Below are positions 63,801 to 64,000 of a DNA stretch of 64,000 nucleotides, piece after piece; position 1 is the first letter of the stretch, and each line of letters starts with the position of its first letter. The stretch is from Dehalococcoidia bacterium. Lineage in GTDB: Bacteria > Chloroflexota > Dehalococcoidia > Lucifugimonadales > UBA3495. The notes beneath the pieces are model-generated. The model made no database searches. It was given only the letters and a program-made list of their open reading frames with translations, and was not told the origin of the DNA. The stretch lies in the NCBI GenBank assembly GCA_965201145.1, contig CBDAVT010000002.1:2203380-2267379 (forward strand). Direction: 5' to 3'. Position numbers and translations under genes: made by a program.

Positions 63801-64000
63801 GTGCGGTAAGCTCGGCTTCGGGCCCTGCCCCACCTACGGAAATTCAATATATTGCTATTCCCTTACCCCCGGGGAGAGGGGAGTCAATACTTTCCTCGCA
63901 GGACCCCTTGCAAACCCGGCCTATTTTCCCTGCTCTATCCGTGGTACTCGCAGGGCAATAACCGGCTGCGTCTTTTCGCGTCCTGCGTGGTTAAACAGTT

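Overview
High-GC bacterial chromosomal window with no rRNA, tRNA or CRISPR array. Hand counts on sampled 60-nt lines give about 63-75% G+C in native genes. The gene content is many LLM/F420-type flavin oxidoreductases, lactonases, an RdhA/QueG-like Fe-S protein, Pro/Thr-linker secreted proteins and GAAC-N4-GTTC SOS boxes. This suggests a Chloroflexota (Dehalococcoidia/SAR202-like) genome, which is inference only. Core genes are proS, ispG, chrA, an aldehyde dehydrogenase, a maleylacetate-reductase/dienelactone-hydrolase/lactonase cluster, a five-gene peptide/nickel-type ABC operon and several LLM oxidoreductases. The accessory layer is the interesting part. (1) A 183-bp MITE-like element with 17-bp perfect terminal inverted repeats and 10-bp target-site duplications occurs six times. 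One copy cleanly interrupts a DNA-methyltransferase-HNH gene, and two lie in opposite orientation at homologous sites upstream of tandem paralogs. (2) A GC-rich REP-like palindrome family (GGAGAGGGGCCGGGGGTGAGGG type) is present, and three MITE copies abut it. (3) Four DNA methyltransferase genes each sit in an AT-richer patch (about 43-48% G+C on sampled lines). One lies in a cassette bounded by 23-bp inverted repeats, one is an M-R pair wedged inside the ABC operon, one is paired with a decayed endonuclease, and one is a 914-aa fused enzyme. (4) At 53.7-62.8 kb a roughly 1750-aa secreted multidomain protein with a broken reading frame is flanked by membrane-anchored hendecad-repeat coiled-coil proteins. 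These include a four-gene tandem array of tail-anchored, module-shuffled paralogs, each with a near-consensus promoter. (5) There are three 17-20-nt G/C homopolymer tracts, which are either real contingency/structure-forming tracts or poly-G assembly artefacts. (6) Cheo-type LexA boxes precede a Zn-ribbon/RuvC-like operon and a radical-SAM DNA-repair gene, next to a decayed Y-family polymerase gene. (7) A candidate yybP-ykoY (Mn2+) riboswitch with an intrinsic terminator lies upstream of two small membrane-protein paralogs. (8) Two unusual domain architectures are present: a ZnuA-type binding protein with a roughly 430-aa insert plus a His-rich tandem repeat, and an LLM monooxygenase fused to an Mrr_N-like winged helix. 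All family assignments come from motif recognition by eye. No database search was run.
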